Shown here piece by piece: positions 24,295-37,771 of a stretch of 64,000 bases of DNA. A model generated the notes under the pieces. That model saw only the letters and a list, made by a program, of their open reading frames with translations. It did not search any database and was not told the DNA's origin. This DNA is from Eledone cirrhosa (lineage: Eukaryota), in the NCBI GenBank assembly GCA_964016885.1, contig OZ024762.1, positions 7,130,001 through 7,194,000 of the forward strand. The letters run 5' to 3'. A program made the translations under genes and the position numbers. Every line of letters starts with the position of its first letter. The first letter of the stretch is position 1.

Positions 24295-24543
24295 AAATCC
24301 CGGAGAGCTCAATTTGCTGGCCACTGTCACCGTGCCAGCAATGAAATCATATCCGCTCTCTTGCTCTGGAACCCTGACTCCAGCCTGACTAGGAGTAGGA
24401 AGCTGTCATTCCCTGACGTTATCTCTAGGGATACGGGAATCAGTAGACAGGACCTGGGGGCAGCAATGGGGGACAGGGAATTCTGGGACATGAGAGTGAG
24501 ATCCATCATCTCGACAGTAGTCGACGAATGATGATGATGATGA
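24295..24543 (+). mobile_element. second RTE family, extreme 3' fragment
   Basis: RRAQFAGHCHRASNEIISALLLW...RDTG...AMGDREFW, with stop running into a (TGA)n tail. Confidence 0.8.
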
Positions 24544-25204
24544 AATTTACCTTAGATTAGCCTACACTATTTAATTGTTAAACTACCACCGTATAACTCC
24601 TTACCGGTTAGGGATGTTGGCCCGAACACCTTCATCAGTTACACTGATATTTGATGCAAGCTGCAGGGAAGAATCCTTCTGCACAACCCCCTCCCAGACA
24701 CTCACTATATATCGTAAGACTTCACTCTGTTGTCATGCTCATCAAGTGCATGGGTCTCTTGGAGGCGAGGAATTGGACATCTGGATGTAATCCGTAAAGT
24801 TTGATTAAACGAGGAACCAGTGAGGAGTAGGTCTATCATGTTTCCAGCGATTTCAAACCAGTTAAACCATGACTATATAACAACTGCAGGCATCTCTTTC
24901 CCACATATTCACTGTATATGCTGGCATACAAGTCGACATTTGGAGCCTAAAAATATCTCTCCAAAACCAGGGGTTGACTTGTCTGCCAAATATAAAATGT
25001 GAATCTTTACCACTGAGGGGTAAACAGTAAAACTGCCTGCCTAATACTCATTGTATACCAGTTACCATAACTCTGTTCTTTCCTACATCTGACCATGGCT
25101 TGTCTCACAACGGGACAACTCATCTAACCCATGCTAGTGTGGAAAATGGACATTAAATGATGATGAATTATCCCTCCACCAAAATTACTGGCCTTTAGCA
25201 ATCA

Positions 25205-25340
25205 ACGTCCCTTTACGATCTGAGTTCAAATCCCGCCGAGGTTAACTTTGCCTTTCATCCTTACGGGGGTCGATAAAATAAAGTACCAGTAATGTACTGG
25301 GTAATTGCTGGCCTTGTGCCTAAAGTAGAAACAATTATTG
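25205..25340 (+). mobile_element. SINE family B, 5'-truncated
   Basis: B box, central domain and tail only. Confidence 0.75.
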
Positions 25341-25399
25341 TATTGTGTTGTTCTCTTGTATTGTTTTTCTCTCCTGTCTTTTATACGTTTATGTGCTTC

Positions 25400-25435
<36 letters not shown>

Positions 25436-26834
25436 AGAGATAGAGAGACAAAGAAGCATACTATTATATATCACAGCATCAAATATTGTAAGATAATATC
25501 CTTTATGTCTTTCAGAATTACATGCAAAAATACTGAAACCACACACAAACATAAACAAACACACACACACACACACAACATCTATGCATACCTCCATCCT
25601 TCAACTCTATCTCTCCTTACACACATGTGACCATATGCACATGTGGGTGAACCCCTGGGTAGATGACGTACCCCTCAGTATTTTAAAAACATTCAGTATT
25701 TTTGTGCATCCCAGCTGTATGGAAAAACACACAAAATATAAGAAATGAAAAATTTGATGCCTGCTTTTTTACTCTTAACATCCTGTAATAATTTAGTTAA
25801 ACATATCTAATAACTGGTTTGTAAATTCAAATATTTATAGTATCTTTACTAGTAGACAGATTATTGTAAAAGCTTGAAGTATTAATGTAAAGTCTTTAAT
25901 TTTTAATGTGATGCAGTACTTTCAAAAATATCTTGCTTATATGGTTTCATGCAGTTTGTTAATGCAAATGTTGTTAGTATCTTTGTTGGTAGGGGAAATG
26001 TTGTAAAGTAAAGATATTAATTCTTAATGCGATGAGGTTGTAGTGTTGTTTTGTAGTTTTCAGTCTTGCTAATGTGGTTTTATGTGGTACAGGACTTTGA
26101 GCATTAACTCTTAACATTCTCTAATGATTTGGTAGAAATTATCTATAAATTGGTTTGTTGATTCAAATGTTTATAGCATCTTTACTAGTGGAGAGATTGT
26201 TGCGAACATTTGCAGCATAAGAGAAAAGATTTTAATCTTGTATGTGATGCAGTCATAGTACTGTTTTGTGCTTTCCAAGAATATCTTGCTAATGTGATTT
26301 TGTGTGGTACAGAACTTTAAGAGTTAATATGTCTGAAGTGTTGATGGTAACACTTTCAAGATATTGATTGAACATATCTTCTTTTATGTTTTTTTTCTTT
26401 TGTTTACTGTTTTCAGTCATTAGGCTGTAGCTACGCTGGGCAGCATCTTCATTTAGTCAATCATATCAACCTTAGTACTTATTTTATCTATCTCTTTTGT
26501 TGAAACACAAAGCTACAAGACATAAACACAGACACAAATGTAGACTCACACAAACACACAAAAGTTTTCTTTCATTTCTTCCTCTTCTTCCTCTCTTCTA
26601 TCTTTCTATTTCTTCTATCTTTTGATGAAGGACTATCTGAAATGTTAAGACTATCTTCCTACTATATCAAGCATTAAAACTATATCATCACTCTATATTA
26701 CTAAGTCCTTTTAAAATCTTCATTATTTTCAAAATTATTTGAAAACCATAAACAATGTCTTTCATTTAAAAAAATGCTTATTTCTTTTTTAACGAACTTC
26801 ACTGATTTTTCTCTTCTTCTTCTTCTTGTTTCAG

Positions 26835-26912
26835 TGCAGTGATGGCTGCCAGCTGTACAGCAAAGCTCTCCATTCCTCGTGTCATGAACTCTGCTATGAT
26901 CCAGAACAACAG
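26835..26912 (+). CDS. ROS1: ROS1-like exon, Cys-rich N-terminal region (CSDGCQLYSKALHSSCHELCYDPEQQ)
   Basis: Long polypyrimidine tract + tttcag acceptor; CAG|gtaaaa donor; phase 0-0. Cys spacing resembles the ROS1 N-terminal CxxGC...C...C. Confidence 0.8.
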
Positions 26913-27609
26913 GTAAAATACTTAACTGACCTCCACAACTAGCTTTACATTGCACCAAGGGTCACTGAAAACTTTGGGGGTACCACAGGGGCTAGGGATC
27001 TTTCAATTTTTTTTTCCTATTGCTGTAGTGGAGTGAAAATTTGAAATCCTAGAGGTGAGTTTGAAATATCTGAAAATCTAGGGACCTCGCAAAGACTAGG
27101 AGTCCCTCAATTTTTTGCTGTAGTGGGATGAAAGATTGAAGTGCTAAAGGAAATTGGAAATATCTGAAAACCTATGGACCTCAAAAAGACTAGGGGTCCT
27201 TTCATTTCATTTCGCTGTAGTGCGGGGAAAGATTGAAGTGCTAGAGGGGTCCCCAATATATTTGAAAGCCTAGAGTCCCAGTCATGGGTTAATTTGGCTC
27301 AGCATGGCACCAGCACCAGCAGTACCAGGTTCACAACAGAAGGAATGGATCTCTGTCAGTTCTGACAATGAGTTTTCCAGATGTTTGACTCACAGAACAA
27401 CCTGCTCATGAAATTAATGTGGATCAAGTGGCTGAGTATTTCAGACACATTTACCAATAACATAATTCTCAGGGAGATTCAGTAAGACACAGTGTGTGTG
27501 ACGATTATGGGTCTTTGAATTACATACATATAATTCTCAGGGAGATTCAGCATGGCCCTGTGAGTGATACGGCTAGTCCCTTGAATTGCAGTTTTAATCC
27601 ATTGTGTAA

Positions 27610-27802
27610 TATAATTGTTTCTACTATTGGCACAAGGCCAGAAATTACCCAGTACATTACTGGTACTTTATTTTATCGACCCCGTAAGGATGAAAGGCAA
27701 AGTTGACCTCGGCGGGATTTGAACTCAGAATGGCAAGGGCCGTAACTCTATGCGTCAAAGCATGGTGTCCGAACCTCTACCGATACTGCCAATCCACCGC
27801 CC
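27610..27802 (-). mobile_element. SINE family B
   Basis: Reverse complement of the consensus. Confidence 0.8.
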
Positions 27803-28271
27803 ATTGTGTAATATAATGTAAGTGGTTGAGTATTCCACAGAGATCTTGTCCACAATGAAAGGAGTAGAGTTTGTCACATGAGGTGGAAGGGTTGGGGTAG
27901 TGGGTATTGCTGGCTGGCTGTTCTCCATAGCAACAATTTTCCCATCTTGTCCAGCATGGGGAGCAGCAACTGAAATATACTGCAAGAAGAAAAAGTATAG
28001 AGTTTGTACCACGAGGTGGAAAGGCTGATGTAGCAGGTAATGCTGGCTGTCTTCTGTGGCACTGCTTTCACCATTTTGTCTACTGTGGGACACAATAGCT
28101 GAGATGCACTAACCAGTCAAGGATGTAGAATTTGTCTCCTATTCTCCTCTCCATTTTCCTCACTCTCCCTTTTTTCTCTCTTCTTGTTTGTAAATATATA
28201 CCTCTGAATATAAAATAATATATTCACATATTACAAAAAAATTTAATCTTTGTGGTTTTGTTTTCTTTCAG

Positions 28272-28301
28272 AAAGAGGGTTGGCTTGGATTATCAGTTAA
28301 G
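28272..28301 (+). CDS. ROS1: ROS1-like 30-nt microexon (KEGWLGLSVK)
   Basis: ttttgttttctttcag acceptor, AAG|gtaggt donor; phase 0-0, lies between two phase-0 junctions. Confidence 0.6.
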
Positions 28302-28529
28302 GTAGGTGCTCAATTATATATATATATATATCATCATCATCATCACCATTTTTACGTCCGTTCTTCCACGCTAGCATGGGTTAGATGGTTTGTTGTATCC
28401 CAACAATTTAAATAGAACTTTTACATATATATATATATATTCCTAACGATCGACTTTCGTCAAATCTGACCGAGGAAACAGTGTTTCCAATTGCTAATAC
28501 TATCTATCGGTCGCAACTCCAGGTAGAAG

Positions 28530-28645
28530 GAGCAACGTGAAATAAAGTGTCTTGCTCAAGGACATAACGCATCGCCCGGTCCAGGAATCGAACTCACAAC
28601 CTCACGATTGCGAATCCAGTTCTCTAACCACTCAGCCACACGCCT
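28530..28645 (-). mobile_element. related CORE-type tRNA SINE head
   Basis: Reverse complement ggcgtgtggctgagtggttagag..gagttcgattcc..ccttgagcaagacacttt. Confidence 0.7.
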
Positions 28646-29019
28646 ATATATATATAAGTATATATAAACCCATAGAGCAAATATTTATAATTAGCACAGA
28701 TTAAAAGTTTAAGCAAATAATTTCTGCTTTCACCCTAAACAGTTGAAAGACGAACTGAGTAAAGTTAAGTGAGTAAATTGACAAGATGAATGTAGTTCAA
28801 CAGTGAAGAGAATGAATGAATCCAGCCAAGATATAATCTCTATGGTATCAGAAACTGAGTTAAACAATCTCATGTATTATATGGAGTTGCACAGGGCATT
28901 TAAATAGGTGAGAATTGTTAAGAGTTGCTCCTTTCTAGACTATCTTCAGGGTCTAAGGAGATGCAACCTTTGTGCATCCATCTTAAAAGTAGGAGGCTGA
29001 ATTAAGTGCACGAATTGCA

Positions 29020-29500
29020 GGAGCTGGTGCAGTAATGTGTTGGCTTCAGCACTCGGTTATCAGAAGAAGGGAGGTAGGTGTAAAAGCCAAACTCGTTATC
29101 TTCAATTTGGTATTCATGCCAACACTTACCTATGATCACGAATCTTCAGTAACAACTGAAAGAATATGATCGTGAATACAAGCAGCCAAAATAAGATTCC
29201 TCCAAAGGTTCTTCGCTGTAGTGTTAGTTAATACAGTTTGTTACTCAGAGATCAGACAGTCATTCCAAGTAGAGCTGCTACTTCTCTGAATTGAGAGATC
29301 ACAACTCAGATACTATGGAAATATAGTCAGAATATCTAAAGAAAAAAATCGCTGGTCAGATTTTATGAGCAAAACCAACTAGCAGGAGGCCCAGGGGTTG
29401 ACTCCGAGCAGATGCTTGGATAACATCCATGAGCTTGGCTGGTCTCACTTTTGACAGGACCTGCTGGATGGAGTGTTTAAGGACTCTGGCCCCATGACCA
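29020..29500 (+). mobile_element. degenerate RTE (Expander/Rex3-like) fragment
   Basis: KAKLVIFNLVFMPTLTYDHES..IQAAKIRFLQR..IERSQLRYYG, with stops. Confidence 0.7.
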
Positions 29501-29926
29501 TCTCAGGAATAAGTGGAAGAAATTAACATTAGGAATATAGTAGTGAAAAGGGGTTATACAATAACTCAGTATGTGGACTCACCACCTGTGCATTTCTAAA
29601 CTATTAACTAGGGTCTGAACTTTAACTCTTAACATCCTGTACCACATGAAACCACATTAGCAAGACATTTGCGAAAAGTACAAAACAGCACTCTGACTGT
29701 ACCACATTATAAATCGAAGTCTTTACTTTAGTTTACTGTAAATTTTCACAACAATCTGTCCACATCTAAAGATACTATAAAACATTTGAATTAACAAATC
29801 CGTTTTTAGATATTTTCTACTAAATCTCATTTCATTAAGATATAATTATTTTTATCGTCAACAATTTCTGTTCTTGTATCCATTGTCTTTTTTGTTTTAT
29901 TTTAATACAAATTTCTGTATTCCTAG

Positions 29927-29987
29927 GAGAAAAGTTGTGAAACTGGTTGTACCCAAGCGCTGAACTTGTACGAAGAAATCAAAACAG
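29927..29987 (+). CDS. ROS1: ROS1-like exon (EKSCETGCTQALNLYEEIKT)
   Basis: ttcctag acceptor, CAG|gtgggt donor; phase 0-1. Resembles ROS1 ESCEVGC...YEE. Confidence 0.82.
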
Positions 29988-30160
29988 GTGGGTACCTGAT
30001 CTACTTGACTCCTTATTCCATGCTTTTCCGTATGCAAGCTGGTGAGGCTCAGTCAGAGCACTGACATCTTTTCACAGTGAACGAACCGGTCAGTTTCGGA
30101 AACTCAGTAAAGAACACCCTCGGGAGTAATGTACAAATATCATCAGTATGTAGAGTCCCG

Positions 30161-30663
30161 GCTGGTGGTGGTGGTGACAATGGTGGTGGTGGTGGTGATG
30201 ATGACAATGATGGTGGTGGTAGTGGTGGTGGTGGTGATGGTGGTGATGACAATGATGGTGATGGTAGTGGTGGTGGTGATGGTGGTGGTGATGGTGACAA
30301 TGATGGTGGTGGTGGTGACAATGATGGTGGTGATGGTGGTGGTGGTGGTGATGACAATGATGGTGTTGGTAGTGGTGGTGGTGGTGGTGGTGGTGGTGGT
30401 GATGGTGGTGATGACAATGATGGTGATGGTAGTGGTGGTGGTGATGGTGGTGGTGATGGTGACAATGATGGTGGTGGTGGTGGTGGTGGTGACAATGATG
30501 GTGGTGGTGGTGATGGTGGTGGTGGTGGTGATGACAATGATGGTGTTGGTAGTGGTGGTGGTGGTGGTGATGATGATGACAATGATGGTGGTGATGGTGA
30601 TGGTGGTGGTGGTGGTGGTGGTGGTGGTGGTGGTGGTGGTGGTGATGACGATGATGATGATGA
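30161..30663. repeat. (GGT/GAT)n trinucleotide tract
   Basis: Direct inspection. Confidence 0.95.
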
Positions 30664-30916
30664 ACAAAAATTCCCACCAAAAACCATATAAATGAAGAAA
30701 TAGCCTAATTATCTTAATTACGATTTGATCATTATCTTCCCTCTCTTGTTTATGAAGCACCTCACTAATTAGCGATAATAATGAGTGGTGTATCTTATAA
30801 TAGTAAAATAGTGGGGGTTGTTAGAATTAATTATATCAGCCAAGTGTTTCTTTGTTAACGATTACAATCATCCGTTGTCTGGTTTTATTGTCTCTTTGTA
30901 AATTATGTTAATTACT

Positions 30917-31525
30917 TGCCAGTCACTCCCAAGACCTCTGGTGCCCTAGGTCCCCTCATTTCCAGTCACTCGCAAGACCTCTGGTGTGCTTGGTCCCCTC
31001 ACTGCCAGTCACTCCCAAGACCTCTGGTGTCCTTGGTCCCCTCATTTCCAGTCACTCGCAAGACCTCTGGTGTCCTTGGTCCCCTCACTGCCAGTCACTC
31101 CCAAGACCTCTGGTGTCCTTGGTCCCCTCACTGCCAGTCACTCCCAAGACCTCTGGTGTCCTTGGTCCCCTCACTGCCAGTCACTCCCAAGACCTCTGGT
31201 GTCCTTGGTCCCCTCATTGCCAGTCACTCCCAAGACCTCTGGTGTCCTTGGTCCCCTCATTTCCAGTCACTCGCAAGACCTCTGGTGTCCTTGGTCCCCA
31301 CACTGCCAGTCACTCTCAAGACCTCTTGTGTCCTAGGTCACCACACTGCCAGTCACTGTGAAGACCTCTGGTGTCCTAGGTCACCACACTGCCAGTCACT
31401 CTCAAGACCTCTTGTGTCCTAGGTCACCACACTGCCAGTCATTCTCAAGACCTCTTGTGTCCTAGGTCACCACACTGCCAGTCATTCTCAAGACCTCTGG
31501 TGTCTTTGGTCCTCACACTGCCAAG
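30917..31525. repeat. 43-bp minisatellite, ~14 copies
   Basis: gccagtcactcccaagacctctggtgtccttggtcccctcact. Confidence 0.92.
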
Positions 31526-31797
31526 TTCCCCTGCAAAATCAGAAAGACAGTAGCCTGCCTGAGGTGGGATGGCTGTTGCAGCGGGTGTCGTTGGCCATTC
31601 TCCATGGCAATGCCTTCACCATTTTGTCTGTGGGGCACAGCCGAACCACTGCTCAGTCTGGGGTGTAGAGCCTGTCCCTCCCTCTTTCGTTCTCTTCTTT
31701 CGTTGCTTAATTCTTTTTTCCTTTTTATTTTTCCCTTTATTTTTGTTTCAATTTAGATATTACATTTTAATTGTAAACAAATTATGTAATGATAATA

Positions 31798-31975
31798 GTA
31801 ATAATTGTTTCTATTTTTGGCACAAGGCCAGCAATTACCCAGTACATTACTGGTACTTTATTTTATCGACCCCCATAAGGATGAAAGGCAAAGTTAACCT
31901 CGGCGGGATTTGAACTCAGATCATAAAGGGAAGTAACTCTATGCTTCAAAGCATGGTGTCCAACTCTCTACCGAT
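31798..31975 (-). mobile_element. SINE family B
   Basis: Reverse complement of the consensus, ending ~50 nt before an exon acceptor. Confidence 0.8.
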
Positions 31976-32026
31976 AATATTAATGATGACGATGATGATG
32001 TATTATTGGTATTTTGTTTGTTTCAG

Positions 32027-32262
32027 GCGAACTTGAAAATGCCACATTACCGGCACCTGAGATCGAAAGGCGTGAGGTCACAAATTCTTCTTTGTATTTG
32101 GTGTGGAGGACAAAAAAGCTTGTTTCCAACATAACCTATATGATACAGATGATGATGCCCGAGATTCCGGAAGATTGGCAGCTATGGAACTCAACACAGC
32201 TCAACCAGAAGCCCTCTATACATTTCATTGTTAATGGCCTCCATCCTTACACGACATACCAG
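32027..32262 (+). CDS. ROS1: ROS1-like exon, first FN3 domain (GELENATLPAP...GLHPYTTYQ)
   Basis: tttcag acceptor, CAG|gtacgt donor; phase 1-0. FN3 W/Y/LxPxTxY motif; part of ORF 32014..32424. Confidence 0.9.
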
Positions 32263-32274
32263 GTACGTCCTTTG

Positions 32275-32775
32275 ACTTCTCACCAGATCTTCTCAGATCT
32301 TTTTCTAGCACCATCCTCAACAGATGTCTTCACATTTTTTTCTAGCACTCCCCTCACCTTACCAGATCTTCTTAGATCTTTTTCTAGCACCATCCTCAAA
32401 AGATGTCTTCACATTTTTTTCTAGCACTATCCTCAACAGATGTCTTCACATTTTTTTCTAGCACTCCTCCCACCTTACCAGATCTTCTTAGATCTTTTTC
32501 TAGCACCATCCTCAACAGATGTCTTCACATTTTTTTCTAACACTCCTCTCACCTTACCAGATCTTCTTAGATCTTTTTCTAACACTATCCTCAACAGATG
32601 TCATCATATTTTTTCTAGTACTAGTCTGACCACCGCAGATCTCAGAATTTTTTGTTCTCATGTCTTTTGCTAGCACAACCCTCACCAGATCTTTTCAGAT
32701 CATTTTCTAGCACTCCCCACCAATTGTCCACACATCTTTTTCTAGCACTGTCATTGTCCCCTCCAGATCTTCTCA
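32275..32775. repeat. imperfect compound minisatellite
   Basis: Recurring agatctttttctagcaccatcctcaacagatgtcttcaca. Confidence 0.75.
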
Positions 32776-32945
32776 CATACAATAGATTATTCAGGGAATA
32801 GTGGCAATATTTATCAAATGTGACCAATCTGGTGGTTCCCCTCCCACTTCTAGATGGGTAGAATTGCCACAGCTGGACTGTGATGACCTGTCCAGCCCAT
32901 GCCAACTTGGAAGGTGGAACATAATCTGATGATGACGACGACGAC

Positions 32946-32976
<31 letters not shown>

Positions 32977-33231
32977 TTAGTGGTAAAGGTAGGCTTGGGA
33001 TGCTGTTGCTGATGAGTTATCTTTACTGAAAATGAAATGAAATTCACAGCTCACACCCATGCAGGTTTAGCTGGCCCCTTACAAAGTTACATCTCATAGA
33101 AGGTTTCTGGTATGTTTTTAATGGTAGGAGATCCCCCTCCCAGTCCTATCAGAAAAAGTAACATGAAATAAAGAATCTTGTTCAAGAACATAATGCCCCA
33201 CATGGAATCGAAACCATGGATTTATAATCAT

Positions 33232-34255
33232 GAGCCCAACCCACTAACCACTAGGCTACATTCTCTAGGTTTAGTGAAATGAACAAAGCCCAACACACTA
33301 ACCACTAGGCTACATTCTCTAGGTTTAGTGAAATGAACAAAGCCCAACACACTAACCACTAGGCTACATTCTCTAGGTTTAGTGAAATGAACAAAGCCCA
33401 ACACACTAACCACTAGGCTACATTCTCTAGGTTTAGTGAAATGAACAAAGCCCAACACACTAACCACTAGGCTACATTCTCTAGGTTTAGTGAAATGAAC
33501 AAAGCCCAACACACTAACCACTAGGCTACATTCTCTAGGTTCAGTGGAATGAACAAAGCCCAACCCACTAACCACTAGGCTACATTCTCTAGGTTTAGTG
33601 AAATGAACAAAGCCCAACCCACTAACCACTAGGCTACATTCTCTAGGTTCAGTGGAATGAACAAAGCCCAACCCACTAACCACTAGGCTACATTCTCTAG
33701 GTTTAGTGAAATGAACAAAGCCCAACCCACTAACCACTAGGCTACATTCTCTAGGTTCAGTGGAATGAACAAAGCCCAACCCACTAACCACTAGGCTACA
33801 TTCTCTAGGTTTAGTGAAATGAACAAAGCCCAACCCACTAACCACTAGGCTACATTCTCTAGGTTTAGTGAAATGAACAAAGCCCAACCCACTAACCACT
33901 AGGCTACATTCTCTAGGTTTAGTGAAATGAACAAAGCCCAACCCACTAACCACTAGGCTACATTCTCTAGGTTCAGTGGAATGAACAAAGCCCAACCCAC
34001 TAACCACTACGCCACATTCCCTGGCTTCAGTGGAATGAACAAAGCCCAACACACTAACCACTACGCCACATTCCCTGGCTTCAGTGGAATGAACAAAGCC
34101 CAACACACTAACCACTACGCCACATTCCCTGGCTTCAGTGGAATGAACAAAGCCCAACACACTAACCACTACGCCACATTCCCTGGCTTCAGTGGAATGA
34201 ACAAAGCCCAACACACTAACCACTACGCCACATTCCCTGGCTTCAGTGGAATGCA
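33232..34255. repeat. 54-bp minisatellite, ~19 copies, seeded from a SINE head
   Basis: Unit gaacaaagcccaacacactaaccactaggctacattctctaggtttagtgaaat; continuous with a minus-strand SINE at ~33150-33260. Confidence 0.92.
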
Positions 34256-34549
34256 AACAATACAAAAATTATGTTTGGTTTAGACACCCCCTCCTTCCCC
34301 AAAGGTACCTAAAGAGAAATGACAGCTTCTGGCTGGTATGGAGGTGGTGTGAGGTTAGATATGTCTGTTGTGGTTAATGAAGTCTTTAGCATTCATTGTT
34401 TCAGGTGATCTACTGACATGAAGTCACATCTACTCTAGTTTCCCATGACATAATAAGCTATCTAAACTAATGCGAAATACTTTCAGCTAACCTCTTTTAC
34501 TACAACAACAATCAGTAATTACATTGGGAAAGAATTCTGTGGTAGTGGC

Positions 34550-35005
34550 CATCATCATCATCATCATCATCATCACCATTTTACGTCCGTTCTTTCACGC
34601 TAGCATGGGTTAGACGGGTTGTCCTGTTGTGGGAAGTGTCCGGTCGGCTGACCTTGTCTTGCTCATACGGGAACTGATTCTGGCTTGATTTCTACAGCTG
34701 GATGCCCTTCCTAACACCAACCTCATTTACAGTGAGTGCTGGGTGCTGGGTGCTTTGCAATGGAATGATAGGGACCCCAGTCCTATCCTCTCATTTCTTT
34801 ATTTCACATTGCTCCAGTTTACTCAGCTGTAGAAATGACCAAAGTGGTCGTGGAGGTGCCACAGCAAAAAAAGCACCCAGCCCACACTGTAAATGAGGTT
34901 GGTGTTAGGAAGGGTATCCAGCTGTAGAAATCAAGCCAGAATCAGTTCCCGTCCCACCCTTGCAAGCAAGGAAAAGCGGATGTAAAATGACGATGATGAT
35001 GATGA
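34550..35005. mobile_element. rearranged, head-less inverted pair of SINE A tails
   Basis: (ATC)n plus minus-strand tail, scrambled core pieces, then plus-strand tail and (GAT)n. Confidence 0.75.
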
Positions 35006-35419
35006 TAATATATATATATACAAGGCTTGGCTGAAAATATCATAGGCCAACCAAGATACTCTCATGGAATAACCAAATGAGGTTTACTGTTCAACATAGC
35101 CCCTGGAAAGAAACAATGCAGTTATTAATAAGAGGAGTTGAAATTAATGCATGTAAGATTTCACAGCTCTAGCATCACTCCTTCATAGTCAGAATATGAA
35201 CTTTTCAGCTGACCTCGTATATCTGTCCAATCTGAGGTGGGATGGGGGAAGTGAGGGCTAGAAATAGGTACAAAATATCCCCAGTGTTTGAGTTGTGTGC
35301 CCATAAGAGGCAGTTAAAAGGTCCCCTCTCAGAAGAGCTCTTGAGTGTTAAACATTGCCATAAAAAGGGACCCCCATGATGTATATAAAGCCTATTAGGT
35401 ACCCACAAGGCTAACTTCA

Positions 35420-35572
35420 GCCCCATACCATTTTATACAATCCCATACCATTACATACAGTCCCATACCATTACATACAGTCCCATACCATTACATACTG
35501 TCCCATACCATTACATACAGTCCCATACCATTACATACAGTCTCATAACATTTTATACCATTTTCATACCAT
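35420..35572. repeat. 20-bp tandem repeat
   Basis: tcccataccattacatacag x~7. Confidence 0.85.
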
Positions 35573-35613
35573 ACCGTTCCTTACCGTTTTGTTTTGCTTT
35601 TCTTTACTTTCAG

Positions 35614-35698
35614 TTTCGAGTTATAGCATTCATTAAAATTCCTGACCAATTCCTTATTTCAAATGAAAGTTTTTCTGTCATTACTTTGGAGTATGGCA
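35614..35698 (+). CDS. ROS1: ROS1-like exon, end of first FN3 (FRVIAFIKIPDQFLISNESFSVITLEYG)
   Basis: tttactttcag acceptor, A|gtaagt donor; phase 0-1. Continues the FN3 Y-Q-FRV motif. Confidence 0.85.
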
Positions 35699-35809
35699 GT
35701 AAGTAGATTTCTTTCTCTGTCTCTCTCTCCAACATTTTCCCTCATAGTCTATTATATTAAAGCTGATGTTTCTGTCATGTAAAATGTAGGCAGACACATT
35801 GGTAATGTT

Positions 35810-35996
35810 CCCAGTCCACACTGTAAATGTGGTTGATGTTAGGAAGGGCATCCAGCTGTAAAAAGAACCTGCCAGAGACACTTCCGTATGAGCGACAGAC
35901 AGTCTCCCGACCAATCCCGCATCAAATGGAACAAAACTGTCTAACCAATGCTAGCATGGAAGATGGACGTTAAATGATGATGATGATGATGGTGAT
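35810..35996 (+). mobile_element. RTE-type 3' tail fragment
   Basis: ccacactgtaaatgtggttg..ttaggaagggcatccagctgta..atgctagcatggaagatggacgttaaa(tga)n. Confidence 0.7.
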
Positions 35997-36077
35997 ATCG
36001 GCTGTGTTCAGACCGGGAGAGGGTGAGGGGTGGCGGTGCCTCTATGACTCCACAAGGAGTTAAGGCATCTGTATCCT

Positions 36078-36661
<584 letters not shown>

Positions 36662-37020
36662 TACAGTATATATATGAGTGTGTGTGTGTGTGTGTGTGTG
36701 TAGTAGTAACAATAATTTGGTAAAGATATCCAAAGTGTAGATCACTCAATCCATGGGACAAGCTTTAATATATTCTTAAATTCAATACTACAAGTAAGAC
36801 ACAACATGGAAAAACACAAGGACAGGTGTTTCATTGAGCAAACTCAATTTATTCAACTTGAAGAATAAGAGAGAAGTGGGGTAGTAGTGGCAATGTTGAA
36901 AAATTGTTTAATCCCATGCTGTAACAAGTCTTTATGGATAAGAGGTGGTGAGTGAGTGTGTGTGTGTGTGCATAAGCATGAGTTAAATCTGTGTTAATAG
37001 AATATCGATTTTGATTTCAG

Positions 37021-37311
37021 AACCTTCATCGGTCCCTAATATTTTGAGTGTAACCACACCTTCTCCTACTGTAATTACTATAATATGGAACCCTCCCCTC
37101 TATCCAAACGGACCATTAATTAGTTACAAGCTGATGATTAGCTATGTTAACCAACGAAACGTCACGCGGGAAGTGTCCAAGCATACACACTCTTGGTCGT
37201 TCAGCCAGCTACGACATTCCAAGAAGTACACCATCAGTGTATCAAGCTGGAATGCCTTTGGAGAAGGGCCAGCCGACAGCCGTGTCATTACAACACCAGA
37301 CTTAATGCTAG
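37021..37311 (+). CDS. ROS1: ROS1-like exon, second FN3 domain (KPSSVPNIL...WNPPLYPNGPLISY...NAFGEGPADS)
   Basis: tttcag acceptor, G|gtaacg donor; phase 1-1. Canonical FN3 motifs. Confidence 0.92.
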
Positions 37312-37540
37312 GTAACGTCCATTTCTTTATAATATGTTGTTGTTATTGTTATGGTTGTTGTTGCTGTTGTTATTGTGGTTGCTTGTGTTGTTGCTGTTGT
37401 TGTTGTTGTTGTTGTAGTGGTTGTTGTTGTTGTTATTGTTGTTATTGTTGTTGTGGTTGTTGTTGTTATTGCTGTAAGGTGGTCATGCTGGTGCCATGAC
37501 AAAATGCCCCCAGTCATGTTATATGGTGGTTGGCATAGAA

Positions 37541-37584
<44 letters not shown>

Positions 37585-37732
37585 ATACTTGGGGAGGGTT
37601 ATATTTGCGTAATATTGCCAGAATTAATAACAGAACAGACTCACTGTTTGGTTGGTTTTCGCTTCTCGCTGTCTTTTATATCTTCGATCTAACTTACTCG
37701 GTCCTCAATGTTGCCATTGACTGACCGACGGT

Positions 37733-37771
<39 letters not shown>

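Noticed and set aside
25505-25560. tttcag acceptor-like site
   Set aside because: Runs into CA repeats with no donor and no ROS1 similarity.
33228-34265. 345-aa repetitive ORF on the minus strand
   Set aside because: Read-through of a 54-bp minisatellite derived from a SINE head.
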